Shown: positions 27,374-35,967 of the stretch, one piece after another
Numbering within the stretch: the first letter of the stretch is position 1
Layout of the letters: each line of letters begins with the position of its first letter
Assembly (NCBI GenBank): GCA_016932915.1
Contig: JAFGBY010000030.1
Span: forward strand, 9,671 to 73,670
Source of the DNA: Acidobacteriota bacterium
GTDB lineage: Bacteria; Acidobacteriota; DATKUA01; JAFGBY01
Length of the DNA: 64,000 nucleotides
Reading direction: 5' to 3'
Made by a program: the position numbers and the translations under genes
The notes under the pieces: generated by a model
Seen by the model: only the letters and a program-made list of their open reading frames with translations
Databases searched by the model: none
What the model was told of the DNA's origin: nothing

Positions 27374-28762
27374 TTAAAAACTAATTATTGTAGATACATA
27401 TATCCTTATTTCCTCAAAACTTGAGGTACTGTATGCATTATTGTTATCCAGGTAATCCCCGGATTCATAAAGTAAAGCTACATCGAATGCGACCGGCCCG
27501 GCTTTAATTCCCAGGCCACCAGTGATACCAAGAAATACTATTTTGTCGTTACTTGCATCCTTAAAGTACTGTGAATCAGTGAAAATACCAAACCTGAATG
27601 GGATAAGTATATCATTTGCCAGATATATATATTCAAAGCCAAACCGGAACTGTTCTGTATCTATTTGTTGAAGGTATTCTTCCGAGTTAACACCTTTCAT
27701 CGTTGGGAAATACACATCGATCGCATATTCCTCCGTTGCTGCATTATTAAAGTTCTTCAGAATCGCATCGGACCACATAGTCCTCGTATAATCAAAAGAA
27801 AAGGTCAACTGGTCCTCTGGTTGTATAGAAAGCCCCGCACCAAAGGTCATTGGCCATTCAAGCGTTGTACTCCCGGTAAATTCCCTATCCTCTATAGTCT
27901 GTGGAGTAAATTTAGAGCCGAACACCTGACCCTTCGCCAGGTTATCATATTCCACCTCTGCATCAAAAGCGCTTTTATAAACAATACCTATTTTTACTCC
28001 GTCGAATGGCTCGATAAGTGCGCCCAGAATCATATTAACCCCGGATATATCAAAAGAATGTTCTGTAGTATACCCAATATCTATAGTAGATATCTCACCA
28101 ATTCCTTCAATACCTTTGGAACCTGCTAGATGCTGATACGCAGTCCCACTATAGCCGTTCATCCAAATATTTATAGAAAAGCCAAAATTGATACCGCTCA
28201 TGATTTTTGAACCGAGACAGAATGAAACAGTATCGAAACCGCCACTGAAAACATCTTCGTATTTGAATCTTCCTTTAAAATAATAGGTCAAACGGGTTGC
28301 AGCGTCGTAACTTGTATTGGAAAACAATATTGAGTTCGCTTTATTCGTTATATCAAAACTTACAGCCCTCTGGTAGCTTATCTGGGGTACTATTTTAAAA
28401 TCGCCTATCCTGAATGGAAAAGTAAAAGACGCAAAATCAAATGTAAAAGATGTGCCACTGTAATCCTGTGTGCCGAGAAATTCATTTCCACCTGAACGGG
28501 CCGGGAACATGTTGCTGTAACTCTGGTTACGTAAGACAAAAGAAAATTCCGGTCGCTCCAGCTGGCCAAGCCCACCAGGATTCCACGAAGCCGCAGTAGC
28601 ATCATCCGCTACAGCGATAAAAGCGCCTCCCATCCCGAGAGCTCTTGCCCCGGAACCGACAACCCCGCTGAAATTCGTACGTGAAACAGACTGAGCAAAA
28701 CCCAGATGGCACAAGGATACAATCACTATAATTACCAGAAACAAGGCTGTTTTAAATTTCAT
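27374..28762 (-). CDS. Outer-membrane beta-barrel protein of the FadL/PorV-like type. Start re-assigned to the ATG at 28762.
   Basis: After the signal peptide: GARALGMGGAFIAVADDATAASWNPGGL (N-terminal hatch/NPA-like motif), then long amphipathic beta-strand-rich sequence. The family could not be resolved without a search. Confidence 0.5.
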   Translation of the reverse strand: MKFKTALFLVIIVIVSLCHLGFAQSVSRTNFSGVVGSGARALGMGGAFIAVADDATAASWNPGGLGQLERPEFSFVLRNQSYSNMFPARSGGNEFLGTQDYSGTSFTFDFASFTFPFRIGDFKIVPQISYQRAVSFDITNKANSILFSNTSYDAATRLTYYFKGRFKYEDVFSGGFDTVSFCLGSKIMSGINFGFSINIWMNGYSGTAYQHLAGSKGIEGIGEISTIDIGYTTEHSFDISGVNMILGALIEPFDGVKIGIVYKSAFDAEVEYDNLAKGQVFGSKFTPQTIEDREFTGSTTLEWPMTFGAGLSIQPEDQLTFSFDYTRTMWSDAILKNFNNAATEEYAIDVYFPTMKGVNSEEYLQQIDTEQFRFGFEYIYLANDILIPFRFGIFTDSQYFKDASNDKIVFLGITGGLGIKAGPVAFDVALLYESGDYLDNNNAYSTSSFEEIRIYVSTIISF

Positions 28763-28772
28763 TAAAAATTCC

Positions 28773-30101
28773 TTATTTATATACTTTAAAATGATTAATT
28801 GCATCCTCGGCAAAATTCGGACTAACATAATCATTGATAGATACAGCCTTACCTGAAACAATACGTATCTCCCGGCTCCTCCTCTGCTCATTCCATTGCG
28901 GGTGTGAGTAGGTTACCCGGTAATTGCCCGGGTTCAATGGAATCTGAGCCGGCGAAACTTTTACTGATTCATCGAGAGTAATTATTTGGCTATTGTCAGT
29001 ATTGACTATCTCATCGATAACAGCATATGGTTTCACGTTAAAAATAAGATTCCCCGCGATAATTCCACCAGTAGTATCCGTTTTATTAAATACAGCAACC
29101 CATAAAATAAAAACAATTGCCAGAACGGCAAATACGCTACCGGCAAGTATGGGAAAATTTTTCTTCCCTCTCTTCGTCTCTTTCTTCTTTTCTTCTTCCT
29201 GTTTCCCGTAATCTATTTCAGTATCTACAATAATGGTTTCCATTTTGTCATCGACTATCATTGTCGGTTCCTGAACATGAAAACCCTGTGTCGTGACTTT
29301 CTGGATCAGTCTTTCGATATCATCCGCCATCGCCTTCATTGTAGGATAGCGGTTTTCAGCCTTCTTCTGTAATGCTTTTTCACAAATGGAAACCAACTCT
29401 GGGAACCTGGATGTGGAAATATCAGAAAAACTTTTAGGCTCTTCACTTAAGATTTTATAGAGAATCGTGGAAATATTATCTCCGGAAAATGGCTTTGTAT
29501 AAGTAAGAATTTCATAAAGGATGACGCCTACCGCAAATTGATCCGAACGTCCGTCTACCTTTTTCCCGCTGACCATCTCAGGAGACATATAATGCGGAGT
29601 GCCCATGATTGTTCCGGTTTTGGTAAGGCCGGAGGTCTGCATGGTTGCCAGGCCAAAATCCATTATCTTTATCGTGCCGTCTGCCAATACTTTGATATTT
29701 GCCGGTTTAATATCACGGTGAAAAACATCATGCTTATGCGCATAATCAAGGCCAAGGCAGATCTGGCGAATAATATCCAGTTTCTCCTTTAGCGCCATAT
29801 CAGGTTTGGAAGCAATAATCGCATCGAGGTCTTTGCCCTCGAGTAATTCCATGGCAATAAATAGCTGGCCATCCTCTTCACCAAAATCGTAGATCGTAAT
29901 AATATTATTATGGCGCAGCTTACCGGCTGAACGGGCTTCACGTATAAATCTTTCCTTGAGGTCGGCATCAGATTCTGTAGATGATATCGTTTTAATTGCA
30001 ACTTGCCGCTCGAGAGTGGGATCGAACGCAAGATATACAACACCCATAGCGCCTTTCCCCAGTTCTTTTTCAACCCGGTATTTTCCGAAATTAGTTTTCA
30101 T
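28773..30101 (-). CDS. Hanks-type Ser/Thr protein kinase with a TM segment and a C-terminal extracytoplasmic PEGA-like domain
   Basis: GKGAMGVVYLA...AIK (subdomains I-II), HRDIKPANI, DFGLA, GTPHYMSPE. TM FPILAGSVFAVLAIVFILWVAVF. C-terminal VKVSPAQIPLNPGNYRVTYSHPQWN. Confidence 0.8.
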   Translation of the reverse strand: MKTNFGKYRVEKELGKGAMGVVYLAFDPTLERQVAIKTISSTESDADLKERFIREARSAGKLRHNNIITIYDFGEEDGQLFIAMELLEGKDLDAIIASKPDMALKEKLDIIRQICLGLDYAHKHDVFHRDIKPANIKVLADGTIKIMDFGLATMQTSGLTKTGTIMGTPHYMSPEMVSGKKVDGRSDQFAVGVILYEILTYTKPFSGDNISTILYKILSEEPKSFSDISTSRFPELVSICEKALQKKAENRYPTMKAMADDIERLIQKVTTQGFHVQEPTMIVDDKMETIIVDTEIDYGKQEEEKKKETKRGKKNFPILAGSVFAVLAIVFILWVAVFNKTDTTGGIIAGNLIFNVKPYAVIDEIVNTDNSQIITLDESVKVSPAQIPLNPGNYRVTYSHPQWNEQRRSREIRIVSGKAVSINDYVSPNFAEDAINHFKVYK

Positions 30102-30178
30102 GAAGAGCCCTCTTAAACTTATGATTTATTATATATTGTACAACTATTAAACTCAAGCAGCCACTTATGCAGAACGCT

Positions 30179-31702
30179 TTAGTGATTATTCCCGGAAAGC
30201 TCAACTTCTATATCATCAGATGCACTATGATCGAGCCTTATTTTTCTGCGCCCCACTGAAACCACCCATGTTTCCCCATCATCCACCCTGCTTTCGAGGA
30301 CAATGCAATTGCCTTTTTTTAAACCCGATTTCTTTGCGCGTTCACCGATTGCTGTGACAGTTGCCTCGGAACCTGTGCGTAGCAGGCTCAACTGAAACTT
30401 TTTACCCTTCGCAACTTGTAATGGATCTGCCGGAATCGACTCCCCGTGAGGTCCCTCTTCCGGGTGACCCAGCATACCGTCGATATAACCGATTGCTTCG
30501 TTATCGTGCAGATGTTCCAGGTGATGGGCTATGCTGTGAACCTGACCTTCGGGCGCCCCAACTTTCTGTAAATAGGTCTCCCAGAGACGATGAGCTCGTA
30601 ATATCCTTACTGCTTCTTTCTCCCCTGAATCGCTGAGCTTGAATCCGCCATCGGAAGAGATAAGCATTTCATCCTGGGTCAACAGGCGGAGGCCTTTCGA
30701 CAGATACTTATCGTGTGAATGAATGTAACCCTTGATAACCTGTTCACTGACAGGTTTACCTCCCTCACGAAGGATAGTCACCAGGATATCCTCAGTGAGT
30801 TCCTGTGGAATCATTCGCATCCTGCGGAGCTTCTTCGCAATCATCCCGTAGCGTGGAGCAACCGCAAGGACAAACAGAAATTGGAAAGTACAGAATAGCA
30901 TAATCGCCCCGCCGCCGGATGAATCGAGCCAGATGCTTATATATAGCCCCCCGATAACACTTGTCGTCCCAAAAAGCGCTGCGAGAAGCATCATCCGGTC
31001 AAGCCGGTCACTCAGCAGGTATGCCGTAGCAGCGGGCGTAATGAGCAGGCCCACAACAAGAATTACACCAACCATGCTGACAGCGCTAACGACTACCAGT
31101 GAAACCGAGGTCGTCAGCAGGTAATCGATCAGCACCACCGGAATTCCTATAGAAGCCGCCATGATGGGATCAAACGCGGTAATCTGGAAATAACGGAAGA
31201 ATAATATAATCAAGGTCAGGACAATCGACGCTACGATTGCCGCCACCCAGAGGTCGCTATCCGCGATTCCAAGCACATCGCCCATTATGAAATGGACTAT
31301 ATCGATATGAATATATTCATGGAAAACCGAAACCAGAACGACGCCGGCAGCAAAGATGCCTGTATAAATAATTCCGATTGCGGTATCTTCCTTTATCCTT
31401 GAAATATTTGAAACAAAACCTATCAACGCCACGGTCACAACCGCAGCAATTATGGAACCGATCAGCATCGCAGGGGCGTATGCCTCCACGTCGAATATCA
31501 GCTTCATAAAGAGGTAACCGCCGCTCACTCCTGCGATCATAGCGTGCGAAAGGGCATCACCCAGGAAGGACATCTTCCTTAGAATAACAAGACATCCGAT
31601 GACAGAGCAGACTACCGCGGCTATTGTCCCGCCGATCATCGATTTTACGAAAAATGCCTGGCCAAGCGGTTCGATAAAAGCGGTATGGAGCAGTTCTATC
31701 AT
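30179..31702 (-). CDS. Metal (Zn/Mn/Fe-type) ABC transporter permease fused C-terminally to a complete DtxR-family metalloregulator (HTH + metal-binding + FeoA/SH3-like)
   Basis: N-terminal ~290 aa form an ABC-3 type permease (8-9 TM). Residues ~300-507 parallel DtxR along their length (RAHRLWETYL vs RKHRLAERLL; HSIAHHLEHLHDNEAIGYIDGMLGHPEEGPHGESIP vs the DtxR metal-site region; terminal SH3-like ...KGNCIVLESRVDDGETWVVSVGRRKIRLDHSASDDIEVE). Confidence 0.7.
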   Translation of the reverse strand: MIELLHTAFIEPLGQAFFVKSMIGGTIAAVVCSVIGCLVILRKMSFLGDALSHAMIAGVSGGYLFMKLIFDVEAYAPAMLIGSIIAAVVTVALIGFVSNISRIKEDTAIGIIYTGIFAAGVVLVSVFHEYIHIDIVHFIMGDVLGIADSDLWVAAIVASIVLTLIILFFRYFQITAFDPIMAASIGIPVVLIDYLLTTSVSLVVVSAVSMVGVILVVGLLITPAATAYLLSDRLDRMMLLAALFGTTSVIGGLYISIWLDSSGGGAIMLFCTFQFLFVLAVAPRYGMIAKKLRRMRMIPQELTEDILVTILREGGKPVSEQVIKGYIHSHDKYLSKGLRLLTQDEMLISSDGGFKLSDSGEKEAVRILRAHRLWETYLQKVGAPEGQVHSIAHHLEHLHDNEAIGYIDGMLGHPEEGPHGESIPADPLQVAKGKKFQLSLLRTGSEATVTAIGERAKKSGLKKGNCIVLESRVDDGETWVVSVGRRKIRLDHSASDDIEVELSGNNH

Positions 31703-32475
31703 ACGGCTGCCTCCTTCGCTTTCAACTCGGTGAAAACACGGAGGTTTCCTTCATAGACTTCACTGAGGAGATCAGTATCCAATACCTTCTCAGGCGGGCC
31801 ATATGCATAAAGACGTTGCTTGATCAAAATAATCCGGTCGAAGTATTCGGCTGCGGTCGCAAGGTCATGATGGACAACAATAAGAGTCTGCCCGTTTTTC
31901 TTGGCAGCTTCGAGGACATCCAGTATCGCCCGCTCCGTGGCGGCATCGACACCTGCGAACGGTTCATCAAGAAGTAACAGATCCGCTCCCTGCGTGAGAG
32001 CCCGCGCCATGAATACCCTCTGCTGTTGTCCACCGGAGAGCTGGCCTATTTGCCGTTTACGGAAGTTCTCCATCTTGACCATCTTCAGCGCTTCATCCAC
32101 CAGATCTCGGTCATCCTTTCCCGGATTTTTCCACCAGGCGATTTTCCCGTATCTGCCCATCAACGCCACCTGCTCGACGGTCACTGGAAAATCCCAGTCC
32201 ACAGCGCCCCGCTGGGGAACGTAAGCAACTTTGCCTTTTGATTCGGCCAGGGGATTCCCGAATACATTTACCGAGCCGAAATCAGGCTCTATAAAGCCAA
32301 GAATCGATTTAAGTAAGGTCGACTTGCCCGAGCCGTTCGGCCCGATAATGCCGACCATTATCCCGGGCGGTATATCAAATGAGATGTCCAGCAGGGCAGG
32401 TTTCGGGCCGTAGCTGACCGTCAGGTTCTTCACCTGCAATGCCGATTCCAAATTACTACTTTTTTTCCCCGCCAT
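31699..32475 (-). CDS. Metal ABC transporter ATP-binding protein (ZnuC/MntA/TroB-like)
   Basis: Walker A GPNGSGKSTLLK, signature LSGGQQQRV, Walker B LLLLDEPFAGVD. Confidence 0.85.
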   Translation of the reverse strand: MAGKKSSNLESALQVKNLTVSYGPKPALLDISFDIPPGIMVGIIGPNGSGKSTLLKSILGFIEPDFGSVNVFGNPLAESKGKVAYVPQRGAVDWDFPVTVEQVALMGRYGKIAWWKNPGKDDRDLVDEALKMVKMENFRKRQIGQLSGGQQQRVFMARALTQGADLLLLDEPFAGVDAATERAILDVLEAAKKNGQTLIVVHHDLATAAEYFDRIILIKQRLYAYGPPEKVLDTDLLSEVYEGNLRVFTELKAKEAAV

Positions 32476-32480
32476 ACCTG

Positions 32481-32966
32481 CTAATTATCCTTCGCCTTGT
32501 CCTCATTAAAAACAACTGTCATCACTACAGGTTCCTCCGGCTCGAACCAGAACACATCGGAGAAATATTTCACCCCATCCTTTTTTATCTCAACATTCAC
32601 TGCAGCTGGGCGTGTTGCGTCTTCAGAAGATCTTGATAGCTCTATAAAAACTTCGTTCTTTCCCTCGATGATTCCCGGGAGATTATTTATCCTGAATGTG
32701 CTGTCAAACGGTGATTTCATCATCTCGCCCGTAAGCCTCATTCCATTGATACTGATCACCGCATTCTCCCCGCCTTGAGCGTTCAGGAGGAAAACCTCTT
32801 CCCAGCTGATTTTAAACGTCGTGGAGATATCCAGGGTATAAATACCTTCCGCTTTTTCGGGCTCCGCAATGTGATGAGTTTCCTCCCCTGTATCACGGAT
32901 ACCCATATAGAGAAACAGGCCACCGATGAGCAGCACGTTTATAAATATCGCAATTAATGGCCTCAT
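32481..32966 (-). CDS. Hypothetical membrane-anchored periplasmic protein within the metal-uptake operon
   Basis: N-terminal TM (LIAIFINVLLIGGLFLYMGI) followed by a ~130-aa soluble domain with His/Glu-rich stretches. No identifiable family. Confidence 0.35.
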   Translation of the reverse strand: MRPLIAIFINVLLIGGLFLYMGIRDTGEETHHIAEPEKAEGIYTLDISTTFKISWEEVFLLNAQGGENAVISINGMRLTGEMMKSPFDSTFRINNLPGIIEGKNEVFIELSRSSEDATRPAAVNVEIKKDGVKYFSDVFWFEPEEPVVMTVVFNEDKAKDN

Positions 32967-32974
32967 CCGTTTTT

Positions 32975-33889
32975 CTACTCCAGAGCTTTCACAATTTTTA
33001 ATACATTCTCGCGCATCATCCCAATGTAAGTATCTCCCGCCGTGCCGTGTTCACCCATTGAATCGGAATACAACTCACCACCTATCTTAATGCCCGTCTC
33101 CCTCGCAATCTCACGGATGAGCTTGGGATTAACGCTGGTCTCCACGAAAAAAGCCCTCACACCCATCTTTTTGGTAGATTCAATTATCTCGATCCTGCGT
33201 TTAGGCGTCATCCCCGCCCCTATCTCTGAGCCGGTCGACCAGCCGACAGGCGCTTGAGCATCGATATTATACGTCCTGCCGAAATAATTGAACGCATCAT
33301 GGCTCGTAATTAGTATCCGCCTATGGGGCGGTATCCTGCTTACTTCTTTCTTGATCCAGGCATGAAGGTTCCGCAGCTGCTGCAGATAAAGCCTGGCCCT
33401 CGCTTCGTACTTTTCCTTGTTTATCGGATCGAGTTTACAAACCGCTTCCGTAATGTTGCGAACGTAGACAGCGGCGTTCCTGGGATCAAACCAGGCATGA
33501 GGATCAGGAACAGTCTGCCCGCTTTTTTCAATTATCAATGGTTCGATCCCGTCCGTGCAGGTGACGATCGGTTTACCCGCATCCTTCGCAAGTGTCGCCA
33601 TCCAGTTTTTCCCTTCGAGATGAAGGCCGTTCTCGAAACAGAGGTCTACGCTTGCAGCGCGCTGGGCATCACCCGGAGTAGGCTGATAAGTATGAGGGTC
33701 AGCTCCCGGCGGAAGCACTGCGTAAACAATGCAGTCATCACCTACTACGTTTTTCACAAAGTCATTAATCTGGGTGGTCGAACAGAATAAAACCGGTTTG
33801 CCTTCTCTTTCGGCAGCTAATAGAAAAAAGGAAAAAACAACCAGGATAAAAACTATATACAAAAATGAGGTTTTAATATTTTTCATCAA
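32975..33889 (-). CDS. Metal ABC transporter substrate-binding protein (cluster A-I, ZnuA/TroA/MntC-like)
   Basis: Signal/TM anchor. Conserved metal-ligand regions (PPGADPHTYQPTPGD; ITSHDAFNYFGRTYNI; YSDSMGEHGTAGDTYIGMM). Confidence 0.8.
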   Translation of the reverse strand: MMKNIKTSFLYIVFILVVFSFFLLAAEREGKPVLFCSTTQINDFVKNVVGDDCIVYAVLPPGADPHTYQPTPGDAQRAASVDLCFENGLHLEGKNWMATLAKDAGKPIVTCTDGIEPLIIEKSGQTVPDPHAWFDPRNAAVYVRNITEAVCKLDPINKEKYEARARLYLQQLRNLHAWIKKEVSRIPPHRRILITSHDAFNYFGRTYNIDAQAPVGWSTGSEIGAGMTPKRRIEIIESTKKMGVRAFFVETSVNPKLIREIARETGIKIGGELYSDSMGEHGTAGDTYIGMMRENVLKIVKALE

Positions 33890-33985
33890 ATGTTTGGACC
33901 AATGGTTAATATAAAGAATCGTTTAGGAATCCATTTTACCAAATCTTTTCTGAACATCAACAAAGCACTGAAAATACTCATACAA

Positions 33986-33998
33986 TACATAAAATGTA
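33986..33998. promoter_or_regulatory. 13-bp perfect palindrome TACATAAAATGTA overlapping the predicted start site of the metal-uptake operon promoter. Candidate operator for the fused DtxR-like domain.
   Basis: Seen in sequence. Minus-strand promoter elements TTGCTG (rc of 34034-34039) - 17 nt - TTATAA (rc of 34006-34011) place the TSS near 33998. Confidence 0.3.
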
Positions 33999-34151
33999 CT
34001 TCGCGTTATAATTTCTATAAAACAAAATCAGCAATTTTGCGTTTATTATTGTGACAGACATAAAATAACCTCTCTGGAGTGGTTAGGTAAAAACGGGTCA
34101 CAATGTAACGGCCCGTTTTTTTTATCATTCTAAAACATTCCCCTATCTTTC

Positions 34152-34179
34152 TTGACAATTTCATACACGGAATTATAGT
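34152..34179 (+). promoter_or_regulatory. Sigma70-type promoter (TTGACA - 16 nt - TATAGT) upstream of the Rieske/cyt b/CydA-like operon. It implies a ~170-nt leader.
   Basis: -35 at 34152-34157 and -10 at 34174-34179. The first gene's ATG is at 34356 with SD AGGAG. Confidence 0.45.
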
Positions 34180-34355
34180 ATCAGTGAATGGATAATATCT
34201 CCCGGATATGTTCACTAATAGTCAAACAACGGTTAAGAACGCAAATTTAAGGTCTTTATATAAATAGAACTCCTGAGGCATCCGGAAAATAATATGCACT
34301 CAGAGTAGTTAATATTATTAACAATTGTATTTTGGGAAAAGGAAGGAGACCTCTT

Positions 34356-35477
34356 ATGCCAATTAGTTATTTCCCGCTGGCTGACCCGATCCCTCTACCG
34401 GCTCCGGTGTGGTTTTTCAAATTGCTCCACACCGTCACATTGACCCTGCATTTTTTTGCAGTGCATCTGTTGATTGCCGGTCTTATCCTCGGGATTGCAT
34501 GGGCGCTGAATGCAAGGTTCAGGGGCCGTAGCGTCAGTATGGAATCCGCTGGGCTTATAACAAACCGCCTCCCGATGGTGATGGCATTTGTTATAAACCT
34601 TGCGATACCGCCGCTGCTGTTCACGCAGGTGCTTTACGGCAATGCCCTGTTCAGCAGCAGTATAATGATCGGCCTGTTCTGGATATCGGTAATTTTCCTT
34701 GTAATCATCCTGTATTATTTCCTCTACATCTCACAGCAGAGGCTGAACAAGGGTAAATCATGGTGGTGGCTGAACTTGATAGCCCTGGTACTCGTTTTTA
34801 AAGTAGCGCTTATCTATGTCAACAATATGACCCTCATGCTGCGGCCTGAAGCCTGGCCGGAGATGTACAAAAACAGCCCGATTGGAGCGCAACTGGCATC
34901 CGGAGACCCGACGATAATCCCCAGGTGGCTGTTCATGATATTCGCTTCACTTGCCCTCGGCGGAACCGGTATACTCATACTTTCCATGAAAAAATCGATC
35001 ACCGACGAAGTAAGGAAATACCTCAGGCTCTGGGGTTGTGCGATAACTGCTGTATTCGCTATGGCGATTATCCCACTAGGTATGTTGGTTATAAACAACC
35101 AACCAGATACCGTTCGCCAGGCGATAAAGGAAATGGATGTTTATTCGCAGTTCCTGAACATCTGGAAAGCCTCAGCGGCGTTACTGGTAATGGCAGCGAT
35201 AATGACAGCAGCACAAGCTTATAACGCTCGGAAAATCTTCCCTGTATTAGCATTTGCTGCCGCATTTATAAATATCCTGAGCTGGGTGGTGGTAAGAGAC
35301 GGCATCCGGGATATCACATTATACGAAAAGGGATTGGATGTATGGAACCGTACAATAGCGACAAACTGGTCTGTAGTAATTTTCTTCCTTGTGCTGTTCC
35401 TGGTTGCAATAGGAGCGCTTATCTGGATGACAAGATTAATTTTCACGATGAAAGAGAAAAAGGAGTCTTATGCCTGA
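34356..35477 (+). CDS. Polytopic membrane protein (~10 TM). Its N-terminal helix motif resembles the downstream CydA-like protein, so it may be a divergent CydA'/CydB-like partner subunit. Start re-assigned to the ATG at 34356.
   Basis: LLHTVTLTLHFFAVHLLIAGLILGIAWAL parallels IAIIHILISHFAVGGGIYLAFAE of the 37055 gene. No soluble domains. The TTG at 34332 lacks an SD, whereas the ATG at 34356 has AGGAG 8 nt upstream. Confidence 0.45.
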   Translation: MPISYFPLADPIPLPAPVWFFKLLHTVTLTLHFFAVHLLIAGLILGIAWALNARFRGRSVSMESAGLITNRLPMVMAFVINLAIPPLLFTQVLYGNALFSSSIMIGLFWISVIFLVIILYYFLYISQQRLNKGKSWWWLNLIALVLVFKVALIYVNNMTLMLRPEAWPEMYKNSPIGAQLASGDPTIIPRWLFMIFASLALGGTGILILSMKKSITDEVRKYLRLWGCAITAVFAMAIIPLGMLVINNQPDTVRQAIKEMDVYSQFLNIWKASAALLVMAAIMTAAQAYNARKIFPVLAFAAAFINILSWVVVRDGIRDITLYEKGLDVWNRTIATNWSVVIFFLVLFLVAIGALIWMTRLIFTMKEKKESYA

Positions 35478-35967
35478 CAAAACAAAAAAAACAGTAAGCA
35501 CTGACCCTGGTAATCGTGAAGATAAAGTTAATGTAACCCGGAGGAAATTTATAAGGGCCGGGATGGGAGCAGCAGGCGTTGCATATGCTGCCGCGCTCGG
35601 TTACCCGGTTTATAGATATCTGGCTGATCCGGCGGAGAAAGCAGCAGCGCAGGCAGCAGAGACAGAAAAAGAATTAGTCGGCGCGGATACGCTGCCGCAG
35701 GGAAGCGCAATGATTTTCCGTTTCGGCGGACAGCCTGCATTATTGATTCATCACGAAGATGGCTCGTGGGTATCGTTCAGCGCAGTATGTACTCACCTCG
35801 CCTGCACGGTTGAGTTCCAGAAAAAAGAAAAACGGATACACTGCGCGTGCCACGGCGGAACATACGATATGTACACGGGGAAGAACATAAGCGGTCCTCC
35901 CCCGAAACCGTTAACCCCTTTTAAAGTGGAGGTGTTAGATGGCAAAGTCAAAATCGCTAGGGCCTGA
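35470..35967 (+). CDS. Rieske [2Fe-2S] iron-sulfur protein with a Tat signal
   Basis: Twin-arginine motif TRRKFIRAGMGAAGVAYAAALG. Rieske boxes CTHLACTV and CACHGGTYD. Confidence 0.85.
   Translation: MPDKTKKTVSTDPGNREDKVNVTRRKFIRAGMGAAGVAYAAALGYPVYRYLADPAEKAAAQAAETEKELVGADTLPQGSAMIFRFGGQPALLIHHEDGSWVSFSAVCTHLACTVEFQKKEKRIHCACHGGTYDMYTGKNISGPPPKPLTPFKVEVLDGKVKIARA

Noticed and set aside
34015-34215. 66-aa minus-strand ORF in the divergent intergenic region
   Set aside because: It overlaps the terminator-like hairpin and the plus-strand promoter. It has no SD and a basic low-complexity composition. It is more likely non-coding.
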